From the NCBI RefSeq assembly GCF_000143415.4, contig NW_003314272.1, positions 2,691,728 through 2,755,727 of the forward strand: a stretch of 64,000 nt of DNA. The letters are read 5' to 3'. Under the pieces are notes generated by a model that saw only the letters and a list, made by a program, of their open reading frames with translations, ran no database searches and was not told the DNA's origin. A program made the position numbers and the translations under genes. Source of the DNA: Selaginella moellendorffii (lineage: Eukaryota; Plantae; Lycopodiophyta). This document shows positions 26,759 to 38,382 of this stretch, one piece after another; position 1 is the stretch's first letter, and each line of letters begins with the position of its first letter.

Positions 26759-27013
26759 GCTCTCGCTCCCTCTGGAGCAGCGCGAACGAATTCTAAGAGG
26801 ACAAGAGAAAAAATTTTGAGCACTACCTAGAACTGGAATTTAGCAAAGCTAACAAATAAATACCGCTAAACTTTTAAACTAGCTCTTAAAGGAAAACGAA
26901 ATTAACTGCCACGTGTGCCCTAATCGCCCGGGGCCAGGGGTTAGTTGTGGCAAAGCCCTTTCGTTCGAGCGTCTCCGCCGCGATTTCTCCTCCTTTTTCT
27001 CTGGCCGGATCCA

Positions 27014-30000
27014 ATGTCTCACGTGTAAGTTTTCCATCTAGAACAAGAAAGAGAAGCAAGAAAGAATGAAAGATTTCTGTGACTTTGCCGCAGAACGTAT
27101 GATAATCTGTGGGAGGACGCAATGCGGGAGCTTGTGTCTGTTTTGAAGCTGGAAGTTCCAACTTACACATTCCAGGGACCTCAGGCAGCTTCTCCTTTTC
27201 CTTCGCTACATTCTAGCAGCTTTGCATCGCTCTTTCTCAATCTTTCTTTCTTTCTTGCCGCAAGAACCTGGTGGACTATTGTCGGATTTACGTCAAGTAC
27301 TCGAAAGCTTACAAGCTTCTCGAGGAATGCTCCGACATGGTTGTGCTCTCTCATTTCTTTTTCTGTTTGGTTGCGCTGCTAAAGTAAACTCTTTCTAGCT
27401 AGTCCATCCTCAAAAACGCATGGACTGCATGAAGACGCTCGAGGCAGTGGTCGGAAGGATATTGGAGATCAAGCACGTAAGTTCGAGGTGGTTTTGGGAC
27501 GCTAACTTTTCAAAGAGTTGTGATTTTCAGTGGATGGTGCATATGAACACTGGAAAGGAAGTCATCAATCTTGAAGACACCTTGGTAGGAACTCCTTTTT
27601 CTTCTTCATCTCTCTCTCTCTTTTCCTTGATCGTTTCCTTTTGCTTTCAGGTGAACATGACGTTGTCTCCAGACACTGTGGAGATCATTCCTCCGCGGCA
27701 CCTAGTGAATGACAATGCCAAAAATCTCGAAATCCGGGAGAAGTTTCTGGTTCGTTCTTGAGAGGTTTTATAGTCTCAAAGTCGCTCTTAACGAGCTACT
27801 CGCTAGCTGTCCAGCATAAAGTGATGGAGAAGCACCGAGCCGAGAAAGAGCTCGAGGAACAAGCCAGAAAAGAGGCCGAAGAGAAGAAGAGAAAGAAAGA
27901 GGAAGAGGCCAAAGCTCTAGAGCAAGTGTTCGAAGAAGAGAAAGAGAAGGAGGAAGTGGTGGATCCATTCAAAGACTTTCCATTCCCGCCATATACTCCA
28001 GAGCAGGCAATCGCGCTATTGCAGGTTAGTGGCTGTTTCCTATGATTTTGTTCTTGAATTAACTTTCATTTTCTTTGATCAAGTGTCTAGGCTAATGAAC
28101 GGGGGAGACAAGCACGAGAGCGTGTCAATCAGATGGCAAAAACACGGTCCTTTTCCCTCCCTTGTTTTCCTTTTTTTTTTTCTCTCTTTCGTTTTTCTTC
28201 TGGTTTTGATTTCTCGTTTCTTCTACAGCATTGTGCAAGAAGAAGCTTTGAAGAAGCAACAAGCTGGACATGAACCATTGTCTTCGGAAGCTGCTGCCAT
28301 TAGAATGCAATCTGCGTATCCTTTTCCATGGTTTTCCTTCTATCGAGAGTTATTTCTTACACGTCGTTTCTTAACTCCACCAAAGTGCTCGAGGCTTTCT
28401 CTTTCGCTGCCGAGTCAAGCATGATGCAAACAATGAGATGTCATTACTTAGTACGTAAGGAGTTCTTTACCCAGGCAGATACTAATTCTCTTTGCATGCA
28501 GATATAAATCCTTTTGCTCGCTCCGCTGCTCAAGACACGGCTTTTGGACGCCTCAGGGAGATACAGCTCAAGAGACGAAGCATCCAGCTTCTAAACTATG
28601 ACGAATATCTGGACGCAATGAGGATAGCGAAGGAGCAGCTCATCGACCTCGAGGGCCAAGAGATGAGGGAGATCATCCAAGAGAGCATAAACAAGTGGCT
28701 GAACGACCACCGCGACCCGGATACAGGCTTTTTCCCTCCGTTTCCAAAGGCAGGCGATGGAGGCAGCAAGTATATTGTGCAGCCGCCACCCAAGCTCGGC
28801 TTCCATGTCGAGGAGAAGAAAGGCAAGAAGGAGGATAAGAAAGAAGGGAAGAAAAAGAAGGCCAAAGGTCCTCCAGTTCCTCCTCATCCAATTCTTCCAG
28901 AAGAAGATCCGGAGAAGCCACCATCCTGTCCGAAGTTTTTCCTTCGGCACGTCCGAGAGTGCCTGGAACTCTACACTCGCAACTGGCACGACAAAGATAA
29001 CTCTGCCGATTTAACTCAAAAGCACGACATGGAGATGCTCAAGTCACACCTCCGGCCCATGGTCTTTGAACAGGTAGAGCCGATCTTTACTTCTTTTCTA
29101 TTCGGTGTTTAACGTTGAGCTCACAGATTCGACTCGAAGTTGACGAAACTACGAGAGTAATCTTAGACAAGGTCAAGCAAAAGATAGTTGCGGAGCTCAA
29201 AGCTGCTCGAAAGAAGCAAAAAGGAGACGCAGCCAAGCCCGAGAAGAAAGAAGCCAAGAAGGACGACGCCGACGAGGCGGCGCCACCTCCAAAGAATAAG
29301 CCAAAGAAACTCAAGGACACATCGGCTCAAAGAACTATCGAGTCTTTGTATGCAGAGCTCGCCAAGGCCGGCATCATCCAAGCTTATCCCAAGAGAGACT
29401 TCTCCGAGTTCGTGGCAACGGACAGCTTCTTTGGGACCAACTTCGAAATGGATCCCGTTGGATTGGATCCTTCCATGTCTCAGGTATGCTCACAAGTTCC
29501 ATTTTCTCTAAAGGTTTCTATCGCTGTTACACAGGTGAAGAGGCTGGCTATGGAGTACTGTGTCTTTCCTTTGGTCAGTGACTTCGTCCATGAGCACGCA
29601 CCCTTCATCAAGTCAGTCCTTCTCTACGGTGGAAGCCTCAATGGGAAGAAGCTCTTGGTAAGCTTTTTCTTCTCTTTTCCTTGACCGTGCAGTAGTTTCT
29701 GTAGGTCCATGCAGCATGTCGAACGGCGGGAGCTACGTACATAAATCTCTCGCCGGAAGTTACAGACGGACAGTATCCAGGAAAACAAGCCACCAAAATG
29801 CTGCAAATGGCTTTCAAGATTGCGAGAGTCATGGCACCATCCATAGTTCACGTAGACGGGGTTGAAAAGGTGAAAACTCGTTAAAGTTTTGAGCCTGATG
29901 AAGAAACACCTGTTTTTTTTTCCTTGCAGCTTTTTGTCACAGACAAAAAAAAGCTCAAGACTTATGGTTTGAAAGACAAGGCCAACCGATACAAGAAGCC

Positions 30001-30620
30001 TCTGTTGAAGGAAGTCCAAGGCATTAGGCCAGGCGATCGTGTGATGTTCGTAGGAACATCTTCGAGTCCTCAGGTAATTGTTTTCGTGTCAAACGCAAAA
30101 GTTCGGTTTTCATGATCTTTGTTTTACTTCGATCAGGACTCGCCAGGAAAGCCTCCGGCACTGGCCAACTTCTTCAACAAGCGGATCTACGTTCCATATC
30201 CCGACCATGGCTGCCGGTCATCGCTTTGGCGAGCTCTGATCGAGAGACACGGTGGTCGCGTCACGGACCGCTTCAACCTCTCCACCATCTCTCACGTCTC
30301 CGAGGGCTACAGCTCGGGAATGATCGAGCAGTTTTGCAAGGCGGTCCTGACCGAGAAGCGCAAGCGCAAGGTGAGGAGCAAGCCTCTGGCGATCGACGAG
30401 TTCACGACGCTCATCTACGACACGAAACCCGTGGATCCAGAGGTGCATCAAGTGCTCAGGGTGAGCAACCTCTCATTCTTTCTTTCCCATTCTAGTTCTT
30501 CCAAGGTTCTTCCATAGTTCTCATAAAAATCTGGTTTTGCAGGAATGGGCCAAGCCGAAAGCGGTGGATCCAGCCGCTGCGCAAGATCCCAAAGCAGCAA
30601 AAGGCGGCAAGAAGAAGTGA
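27014..30620 (+). CDS. IQ-motif and AAA-domain protein (IQCA1/DRC11, nexin-dynein regulatory complex), multi-exon
   Basis: MSHVTYDNLW start, LVHPQKR, IQ motif (AIRMQSAARGFLFR), WLNDHRDPDTGFFPPFP, RTIESLYAEL and a C-terminal AAA-like domain (SVLLYGGSLNGKKLL, GDRVMFVGTSSSP, EGYSSG). Confidence 0.85.
28316..28385 (+). other. U12-type (minor spliceosome) GT-AG intron
   Basis: Donor GTATCCTTT and branch site TTTCTTAAC (28367-28375) about 10 nt before AAG. Removal restores the IQ motif in frame. Confidence 0.8.
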
Positions 30621-30912
30621 TCCAAGAGGTTCTTTGTTTCGTATCTCTTTTTTTCTTCTCGATTAGTTGCCAAACGATGTTTATTGCGAGAACTTAGCTC
30701 TCCAAGTTCTTGTGAGTTTCGCAAAGTTCTTTCCAAGGATAGGATTGTAAAGGCGAGGTTTTTGACCGGGCCAAAGTCAAATCCTTCTGGACAAACGCGC
30801 TTGTGAGAGCGCTCCATTTTTTTCTACGTCGCAAGAAAGACGAAGGCTTCCTTTCCATATAAAAAAGTAAGCCTGTTCCTCCAAATCTTTGTCCCTGCCT
30901 CGACGAAAAACC

Positions 30913-32019
30913 ATGGCGATCGCTCCTCGCAGCATTCTCCCCCTCCTCCTCTGCGTTCTCATTGCTTCCTTCCACTCGTCCTCGTCCAGCGACGTCAAAT
31001 TGGGCTACTGGCTGGCATCGCGCCCAATCGTCTCGTCCGCCAATCTCCACCTCTACACACACCTCACATACGCCTTCGCGCAGCTGGATCCCTCCTTCCA
31101 GATCTCCCCCCAGCCCGACGACAATGGCAACATCGCCCAATTCACGCCCGCCGCGCGCGCGCTCAATCCCGCCATCGTCACGCTCATCGCAATCGGCGGC
31201 GGCGGATCCAACAGCACCCGCTTCGCGGAGATGGCCGCCGCCCCATCCTCCCGCGCCACATTCATCAACAGCTCCATCGCCCTCGCGCGCGCCAATGGAT
31301 TCCACGGCCTCGACCTCGACTGGGAGTTTCCCCAGTCCCAGCGCGAGATGTCCGACCTCGCCGCCCTCTGGGCCGAGTGGAGGGCCGCCATCCAAGCCGA
31401 GGCCACCGCCACGAGCCGCGCGGCACTCCTCCTCACCGCGGCGGTATACTACCGTGCCACGGTACAGAACGTGGGCGCTGGCACTTACCCGGTCGACGCG
31501 GTCAACGCAAACCTTGACTGGGTTGGACTCATGGCGTTTGACTACCACGGCGCGTGGGATCCCACCACGGTCGGGCCGCATACCGCGCTGTACAACCCGG
31601 ACAGTAGCGTCAACACCGACGCCGGCGTCACGTCGTGGCTGGGCCAGGGGCTCCACGCGGACAGGGCCGTACTTGGGCTGGCCATGTACGGCCGGTCGTG
31701 GATCCTGGCTAGTAACGAGTCAACGGGCATTGGTGCCGCGGCGGTAGGGGTGCCGGCCGACAGCACGCCGTTCTTCCGGGACATCGTCAGCTTCATCCGC
31801 GACAACAATGCCACCGCGGTGTACGACAACACGACCGTCACGGCCTACTGCTTTGGCGGCGGTGTGTGGATTGGATTCGATAGCCCGGTGTCCATCGCCA
31901 CCAAGGTGGAGTACCTCAAGAGCAGGGCTTTGAAGGGCTATTTCTTTTGGACGGCGGGCTATGATTCTAGCACCGGGGCTCTCGCCAATGCTGCCTCGGC
32001 GACGCTGGATTCACGGTAG
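30913..32019 (+). CDS. Class V chitinase (GH18), intronless, secreted
   Basis: Signal peptide, THLTYAFA, AIGGGG, catalytic GLDLDWEFP (DxDxE intact), MAFDYHGAW and GYFFW. Confidence 0.93.
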   Translation: MAIAPRSILPLLLCVLIASFHSSSSSDVKLGYWLASRPIVSSANLHLYTHLTYAFAQLDPSFQISPQPDDNGNIAQFTPAARALNPAIVTLIAIGGGGSNSTRFAEMAAAPSSRATFINSSIALARANGFHGLDLDWEFPQSQREMSDLAALWAEWRAAIQAEATATSRAALLLTAAVYYRATVQNVGAGTYPVDAVNANLDWVGLMAFDYHGAWDPTTVGPHTALYNPDSSVNTDAGVTSWLGQGLHADRAVLGLAMYGRSWILASNESTGIGAAAVGVPADSTPFFRDIVSFIRDNNATAVYDNTTVTAYCFGGGVWIGFDSPVSIATKVEYLKSRALKGYFFWTAGYDSSTGALANAASATLDSR

Positions 32020-32174
32020 CTCTTTCGAGAGGATTGGAAAGATCTTCAATTGATCGATCGATCGCTCATGGATTTGATTTGAGTGTGTAGAGACGATTCG
32101 GGTAGCTCTTTCGAGAGGATTTGGAGAGATCTTTGATTGATCGATGGCTCATGGATTTGAGCGTGTGTAGAGAC
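32008..32174 (+). repeat. Imperfect 2-copy tandem duplication (~85 bp) spanning the chitinase stop and 3' UTR
   Basis: GGTAGCTCTTTCGAGAGGATT...GCTCATGGATTTGA...GTGTGTAGAGAC occurs twice in tandem. Confidence 0.8.
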
Positions 32175-32549
32175 ATTCTTTTACACAAATTCTACTTTGG
32201 CTTCTTCTTCTTTGTCTTCGCCATGACCGAAGCTTGGTAACGCTTGGGTGTTTTTGCTGGAGTGCACGTCACTTTCTCTTGCCAATCATCGAGAATTATG
32301 CTATGCTCCACTAGAAAAGCTCCACAAATTTATAAAATTCCAGGACTAAAAGAGCCAAGACTTGATTCATCGTGGTGGAAGTTTTGCTACGCTGTGTAAA
32401 AGTCAGCGAAAGTTTCACGAGTTGATCGTGGTGGATCTTCCACTAGTCCATCGGAGAAGACCTCTTACCAGTTGCGTGCGCTGATTTGCTCCTCTCCGGC
32501 TATAAATTCTCTCGATCACGATCACGATCCAGAAAGTCTAGAGAACGAG

Positions 32550-33873
32550 ATGGAAAAGAGAAGCTTGGCCTCGATCTTCCTCGCTTTCCTCGTTGTCGCC
32601 AGTGATCACTACGCTGCAGTCTCGGCATTCCCGGCCCAAGATCCTTGGAGAAAGAATGATCCCTGGAACTGGCACTATTTCCCCAGGAACACCAAGGTGG
32701 TGAGGGTGGCCTACTGGCCGGCATACTCCGCCGATCAGTACCCGGCCTCGTCCATCGACTCCACGCTCTTCACGCACCTCAACTACGCCTTCGCCAATCT
32801 CAACGCCAGCGACAACACCGTCGTCCCCGACGATGCCGCGCGGATCGCCGCCTTCTCGCGCACCGTCAAGTCCCGCAACCCGTCGCTCAAGACGCTCCTC
32901 TCCATCGGCGGCGGCGGAGCCGATCCAAAGGCCTTCTCCGCAATGGCGTCCAAGGCCTCGTCCCGCGCGGCATTCATCTGGAGCTCCATCGCGCTGGCGC
33001 GATCAAACGCCTTCGATGGGCTGGATCTCGACTGGGAATTCCCGCAGAACCAGACCGACATGGACAACCTGGGCACCCTCTTCGCCGAGTGGAGATTCGC
33101 CGCGGCCGCGGAGGCCGGCCACTCGGGCCGCCCGCGCCTGCTGCTTACCGCCGCGGTATACTACTCGGGTACCATCAGGTACGGACTCACACCGCGCGGT
33201 ACCGCAAGTTACACATTGACTGCTCTTTGACTTTTTCCAGGTTCGTGGGAGGAGGAACGTACCCCACGAAATCGATCAACGCCAACCTTGACTGGGTCGG
33301 GCTCATGGCGTTTGACTACCACGGCAGCTGGGAGCCGACTGTGACCGGCGCCCATACCGCGCTGTACGACCCGAAGAGTGACGTCAACACCGCCGCCGGT
33401 GTCGCGCGGTGGATGGCGGCGGGGCTGAGGCCGGACAAGGGAGTGCTCGGCCTGGCAATGTATGGCCACTCGTGGATTCTCAGTGACCCCAGCGCCAAGG
33501 CTGGAATCGGGGCCCCGGCAAAGAGTCCCGGGCCGGGCGACGCGACGCCAGTGTTTGCCGGGATCGTGGCGACTGTTAGCGGCGACGACAAGGCGACGGT
33601 GGTGTATGACAATGTGACCGTCACGGCCTACGCGCAAGTTGGAAGCTTGTGGATTGGATTCGACAACGAGGAATCCATCCGGAACAAGGTGGGCTTCTTG
33701 CGCAGCAAAGGGATGAGAGGATACTTCTTCTGGACGGCCAGTTTCGATAGCGGCAATGGGACGCTCTCTCGCGCGGGTTTGATTCCTTGTCTTTCTCCTT
33801 TTGTTTGTTCTTGATCCTTTGCTCATCGTTTGCGCTTGTCTTTTATTTAGCTGCGGCAGCGCTGGGACACTAG
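32550..33873 (+). CDS. Class V chitinase (GH18), tandem paralog with 2 introns
   Basis: Signal peptide, FTHLNYAFA, SIGGGG and FDGLDLDWEFP. Introns 33179-33240 and ~33777-33850 restore the frame. Confidence 0.92.
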
Positions 33874-34012
33874 CCATGGCGATATCCAAGACGAAAGAGG
33901 AGAAAAACGAGAGAGATTTTGCTCATGAGCTTGTAGAAATTACCATTGAGGAAGATGATGGAATAAAGTATCTACTGTGAGATTCTAGGGTTTTAGGGTT
34001 CCAAGAGGGAAG

Positions 34013-34846
34013 ATGATCGATTGTAGGGCCGCGCCCGCGGCGGTCTTCTTGGCCGTCTTGATCCTGCAGCTCGCAATGCAATTCCTCCACCAGGTGTGTG
34101 GAAATCGCTCTGTTGTTGTGTCTGTCCAATGCGGCGATTGTTTTGCTCCAGGCGAGCAAATCGAGCCAGCAAGAAGCTAGGCTCGTCTCTGAGATAAGGA
34201 GTTTGCTTCGGGAAGCGAATGCCTTGGCAGGGTAAGATCTTTCGCTGCGATTTTTCTTGAGCGGGAATTTTTTATTTTTTTTGTTTCTTGGAGCTCAGGC
34301 CATCGACCTTCGCTCAATCTGCCAAGCTAAGGCGCGCGGCCAATGCGAAAGAGAAGGAGCTCTCGCAGAGTAAGATAAAGGGAATGTGATCGAGTCGCTC
34401 ATACAGTGAAATCGTTTTTTCTACCAGTAAGGATAGAGGCCAAGGGAAAGAATGCGTCGACAAAACTGGTACTCTTCGTCGTGAAGGTATGGAGTGCTTG
34501 CGAAGATTTTGCTTAGCTCCAACACTGCTTTTCAGGCCTGCTTCTACTGCGCTTTTGTCTGGTGGTTTTGGCAAACTCCCGTGGCATCGGTACCAGCGCA
34601 TCTCGTGCAACCCTTTGGTTCGTATCTTGCTTTGCTTACTTTGCTTCGTCACTCTCGGCTTTTGTAGGAAAAGTTTTGAGTTTCCCATCCAAGGTTTCGG
34701 AGGCACAGTCGCTTGTACAGGTCTGGAAAAGTCTGTGGAGAAAGAAATCTAAAACCATTGATGTTTTGCAGATTGGTATTCTCCCCTGGCTTGTGCTAAG
34801 CACACGCGTGAGCTTGTCTATAGCGAACGCTGTTCTATCCAAGTAA
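34013..34846 (+). CDS. GET1: GET1/WRB tail-anchored protein insertase subunit (multi-exon)
   Basis: Spliced product TM1-...[35 protein letters not shown]...WFWQTPVASVPAHLVQPFG...IGILPWLVLSTRVS matches the plant GET1 pattern. Confidence 0.85.
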
Positions 34847-34928
34847 CGGTGTCAAGAGGTGTATAAATTTCGGAAGAACATAGAAGAAAAAATCAGCTTT
34901 TCTGATGATCAGCTTACTGGCTTTCGAA

Positions 34929-37751
34929 CTAAAACGCAACGCACTTGTCAGGCTCACCCGTGACGAAGTCCACCACGACAGTCTCAGTGATGTTACACGG
35001 CAGCACATCTTGCCTCAGGCTCGCTCCGGCAGCTTTCAGCCCCTTCAGCGACGCTACCTGGTTGAAGAGGTTGATGACAGGGAGCTTGGAAGCCGACGGT
35101 AGTCTTTGCAGAGGCAGCAGCTTCCAGAAATCGTCCGTCATCAGTGGCACCTCAAAGTCGCTCCTCTTGTGCTCCACAACGTTGTCCGACGAGTTGATGT
35201 GCGCGCCGGGCTCCATATGGTTCGTGGAGAAGCTGGTCTGGTTGGGAAAGTTGGGATACAGGGTCACATATCCTCGCAGGTACATCATATCAATGAGGAA
35301 CTTCTTCCAGGAGGCTTGCCACCCGTTTGTCCGCGAGCGTGGGATCTGCACGGGATTTTGCTTCGCATCTGCCGTGTACCGGGTCCCCATGTAGTGGTAG
35401 AACTCTCGCCAGTGCCGTGGGAAGAAGAGAGCGCCCCAGCTGCAGGGGAGCTGATGCAAGTATGGTGTGTTGGGATGGATCGCCTTGAAGAAGTCAGTGG
35501 CATTCCAGCGTGGTCGCTCCTTCACGACTTCCACAACTCTCGGTGTGTACAGGGAGATGGAGTTGAGCTCGGCCACCTCTGCGGGGCTGTAGTGGTAGAC
35601 GAGGACTGCGTACTTGAGCCACATGAAGTAGAATGGCGAGACTTCGATGTCATCCTCGAGCAGGAGGCCGAAGTCATCGTCCGAGGCCGGATACCAGCTT
35701 TCGCTCACGGCCCGTATGAGTCCGCCTTGGATTATCCTGCGGCGGATGGTGACTTCGCCGTGCGGCCACTCGAAGCTGTGGACGATCTTCAGCGTTTCCG
35801 CGTCGACCGCACTGTCAATGCTGAAAGTTAGATGGATCTCGTCGCCGACGTAGTATGCACTGGCGAGTGCTCCCAGCAGACGCTTCAGCGAGCGCGGTCT
35901 GTTTTGCGTGATGATGCTTATCGAGATTCTCATCGTGTTCCATTCTGTAGGTATAGCAAGTCAGTGAAAGTTCCCGAGAAGCTTAAGACGCTTACGTTGA
36001 AGAGCGGATGTTTTCACGTCGGCTATCCACAGTGCATGTTCGATGGCGCGTCGGGGAAGCTGTAAGACGGTGGTGTTTGCTTGGAAAGCAGCCAAAGTTA
36101 TGGCATCACGGACGTCGGGTAGCAAGTCTGCGACACTGATAATAATCGCCGGTGAGTGAATTTTTATCAAGCCTTTCATGGCTGCGAGGACCTCATGAAA
36201 GACCTGCGTGTTGGAATTTCCAGACGAGACGAAACTGATGTCCAAGTCGAACATCTTGAACCGGCGGTCGTGGCAACTGTTTGACGACCACCCGAGCATG
36301 AGAGCCGCTTCTTCGCAGGGACAGTAAGGTCCTCCCGACACTACGACGTAGGCCTTCTTTCCAGGGATGCTCCGGAAGCGCAGAATAAGTGGAGCCAGGT
36401 CCAGGATCTCTCCCAGGGAATGCGCATAGAAGAAAACGTCACACTGCTGTGGAAACATCGCGGCCCACTGTGTCACGTAGCCGCGGGACAGTGCGCTCCA
36501 CCACTGGCGATCACGGAGCTGGACTATATCCTTGTGGATGACGGTGGTCTCGGAGACGTAAGCCAGGCGGTGCTCGCTATCACCCCAAGTATCTCGGTCG
36601 TCCGGATCGATTGGAACCACGTAAGAATGGACTCCAAGGTACTTTTGCAGCTGGTAACTAACCATCAACGCTCGGGTTAGCCGATGGAATTCACAGGGCA
36701 GAGTTCACCTTAAATGAAGATCTTCTCCGGTGCTGAAAGTCAGTGGGGACTCGAGAAAGAGGGCTTTGACGATGTTCGCTGGAAGGAACCAGGAGCTTGA
36801 CAGGAAATCAACCTGCAGTATTCGGTCAACAATGATTCTATAGGCGGGGTCGGGGATATAGAGTCCGGCTTCCTTGGACCCGGGTTTCCGGTAGCTCGGG
36901 AAGCTGAAGTCCTTTTGCCTGAAGGGAAGGATACGTCCGATGCTTCCGAGAAGTGAATTGTGGTACCGGGCCGTGCCTGCTACGTACGAGAAAATCTCCA
37001 GGACTTTCTTACCGGGGATCATATCATCGTCCAAGATATACACAAAGTTGGCGCCTTCCGCTTGCAAAGCCAGCTGAAACCTTCCGAAGTACTTGAAGTC
37101 GTACGTGGAGGTCATGAAGTGGATCCGGGAATCGTTGTAGGCCTCGACAGTGCTCCTCAGGTGGCTCTCGTTTGGGCTTCCAAACGCAAGCACCCACAAG
37201 CTGTGGAAAGGCAGCGTCTGGCGGAGCAGCGAATCCAGTTGCGAGCACAGTGTTCTCCGCTTGAAGTGGTTAAGGATGACAGTGACCTTGGGCCTGGTCC
37301 GCGACGATGACGACGGCAAGATCATGAGCTCGGACAGTGTCTCGCATCCCCGGGTGGAGTTTTGGAAGGCGACAATCTCCTCGTAGAGCTGCGTCTTGAT
37401 CCGGACCAGGTTGGTATCGTTTGATACTTTCTGCGCGAAGCTGATCTCCTCGTAAACGCACAGGCTCTTCTTCAAATCCTCTTTGCCGCCGCCGAGCTGC
37501 TGCTCCGGGAAGAATTTCTTGGTGAGCTTCGAGCTCCATGCACTCCGCGGCAAGTCCATGGCCGAGGGGATCATAAAGTAGAGCAGGAATGTGGCATACG
37601 CCGCGAACACGAACTGGAGGCATGTCAATCCGGCGGTGACTTTGAAGCTCCTGGCAGCAACCGGCTTGCGAGCTTTACCTTGAAACTCCGCGGCCAGCAA
37701 GCAGCTGTCGATGGTATGCTCTCTCCCGGCGCTAAAGTTTGCTCCAGCCAT
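34929..37751 (-). CDS. Plant glycosyltransferase family 2-like protein with two GT-A domains (3 exons)
   Basis: N-terminal TM; KVTVILNHFKRRTLC, YILDDDMIPG, IITQNRPRSLKRLL, LLLEDDIEVSP and HQLPCSWG. Confidence 0.88.
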
Positions 37752-38166
37752 GGCTCATATCTCCCTTCTTCTCACTAAAAGGGGGAACTTACAGGAGCTT
37801 GCGGAGGAGATCTGCCGGCTTCCTGCATTGCGATTGTTCGAGCTCGCGCGCTTGGCTGCTCGAGTGGCCTCTCCGGATCTTCTCCAAGGCAAGTGATGTC
37901 TGTTACCTAAGGAACGGGACTTTATCGTTATAAAGCGATGGTTTTCATGCAGGGACAAGAAAAGCAAAGCTAAGCAACCAGGCCACAGGCCGGAAGAACA
38001 AAAAAAAATGCGTTTTCTCGTTCTCCCGAGACGGAAGAAGCGGTGGAACACACTTGAGTTGCTCAAAACTGAAGCACAGGCTGCCGTGTATCAGGGGTTT
38101 GGCATTTTACTTCGTGTTTGGTCACGGATCTGACGATTCCATATTGCTTTCGCCTGTGACGCCACA

Positions 38167-38240
38167 GAGAGAGACGCGTTTGTTCTTGCTCCGGCACTGA
38201 GAGAGACGCGTTTGTTCTTGCTCCGGCACTGAGAGAGACA
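38167..38240 (+). repeat. 31-bp tandem repeat (2+ copies)
   Basis: GAGAGAGACGCGTTTGTTCTTGCTCCGGCACT repeated. Confidence 0.85.
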
Positions 38241-38382
38241 GAGATGGAGGTCGGGAGCTCGAGTCGCTTGTACGCTCGGAGAAAGAAGGTCGGGGGCTCG
38301 AATCTCGCGCGTGGCAAGTTGGTTGTCGGGGCCGAGACGCTCGGGGGTGGAAGCGAGAAGATGAGATGGTGGTCGACTTTTC

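Noticed and set aside
36927-36934. GTATCCTT U12-like donor on the minus strand
   Set aside because: It lies inside the continuous coding sequence (GRILPF) of the GT2 exon.
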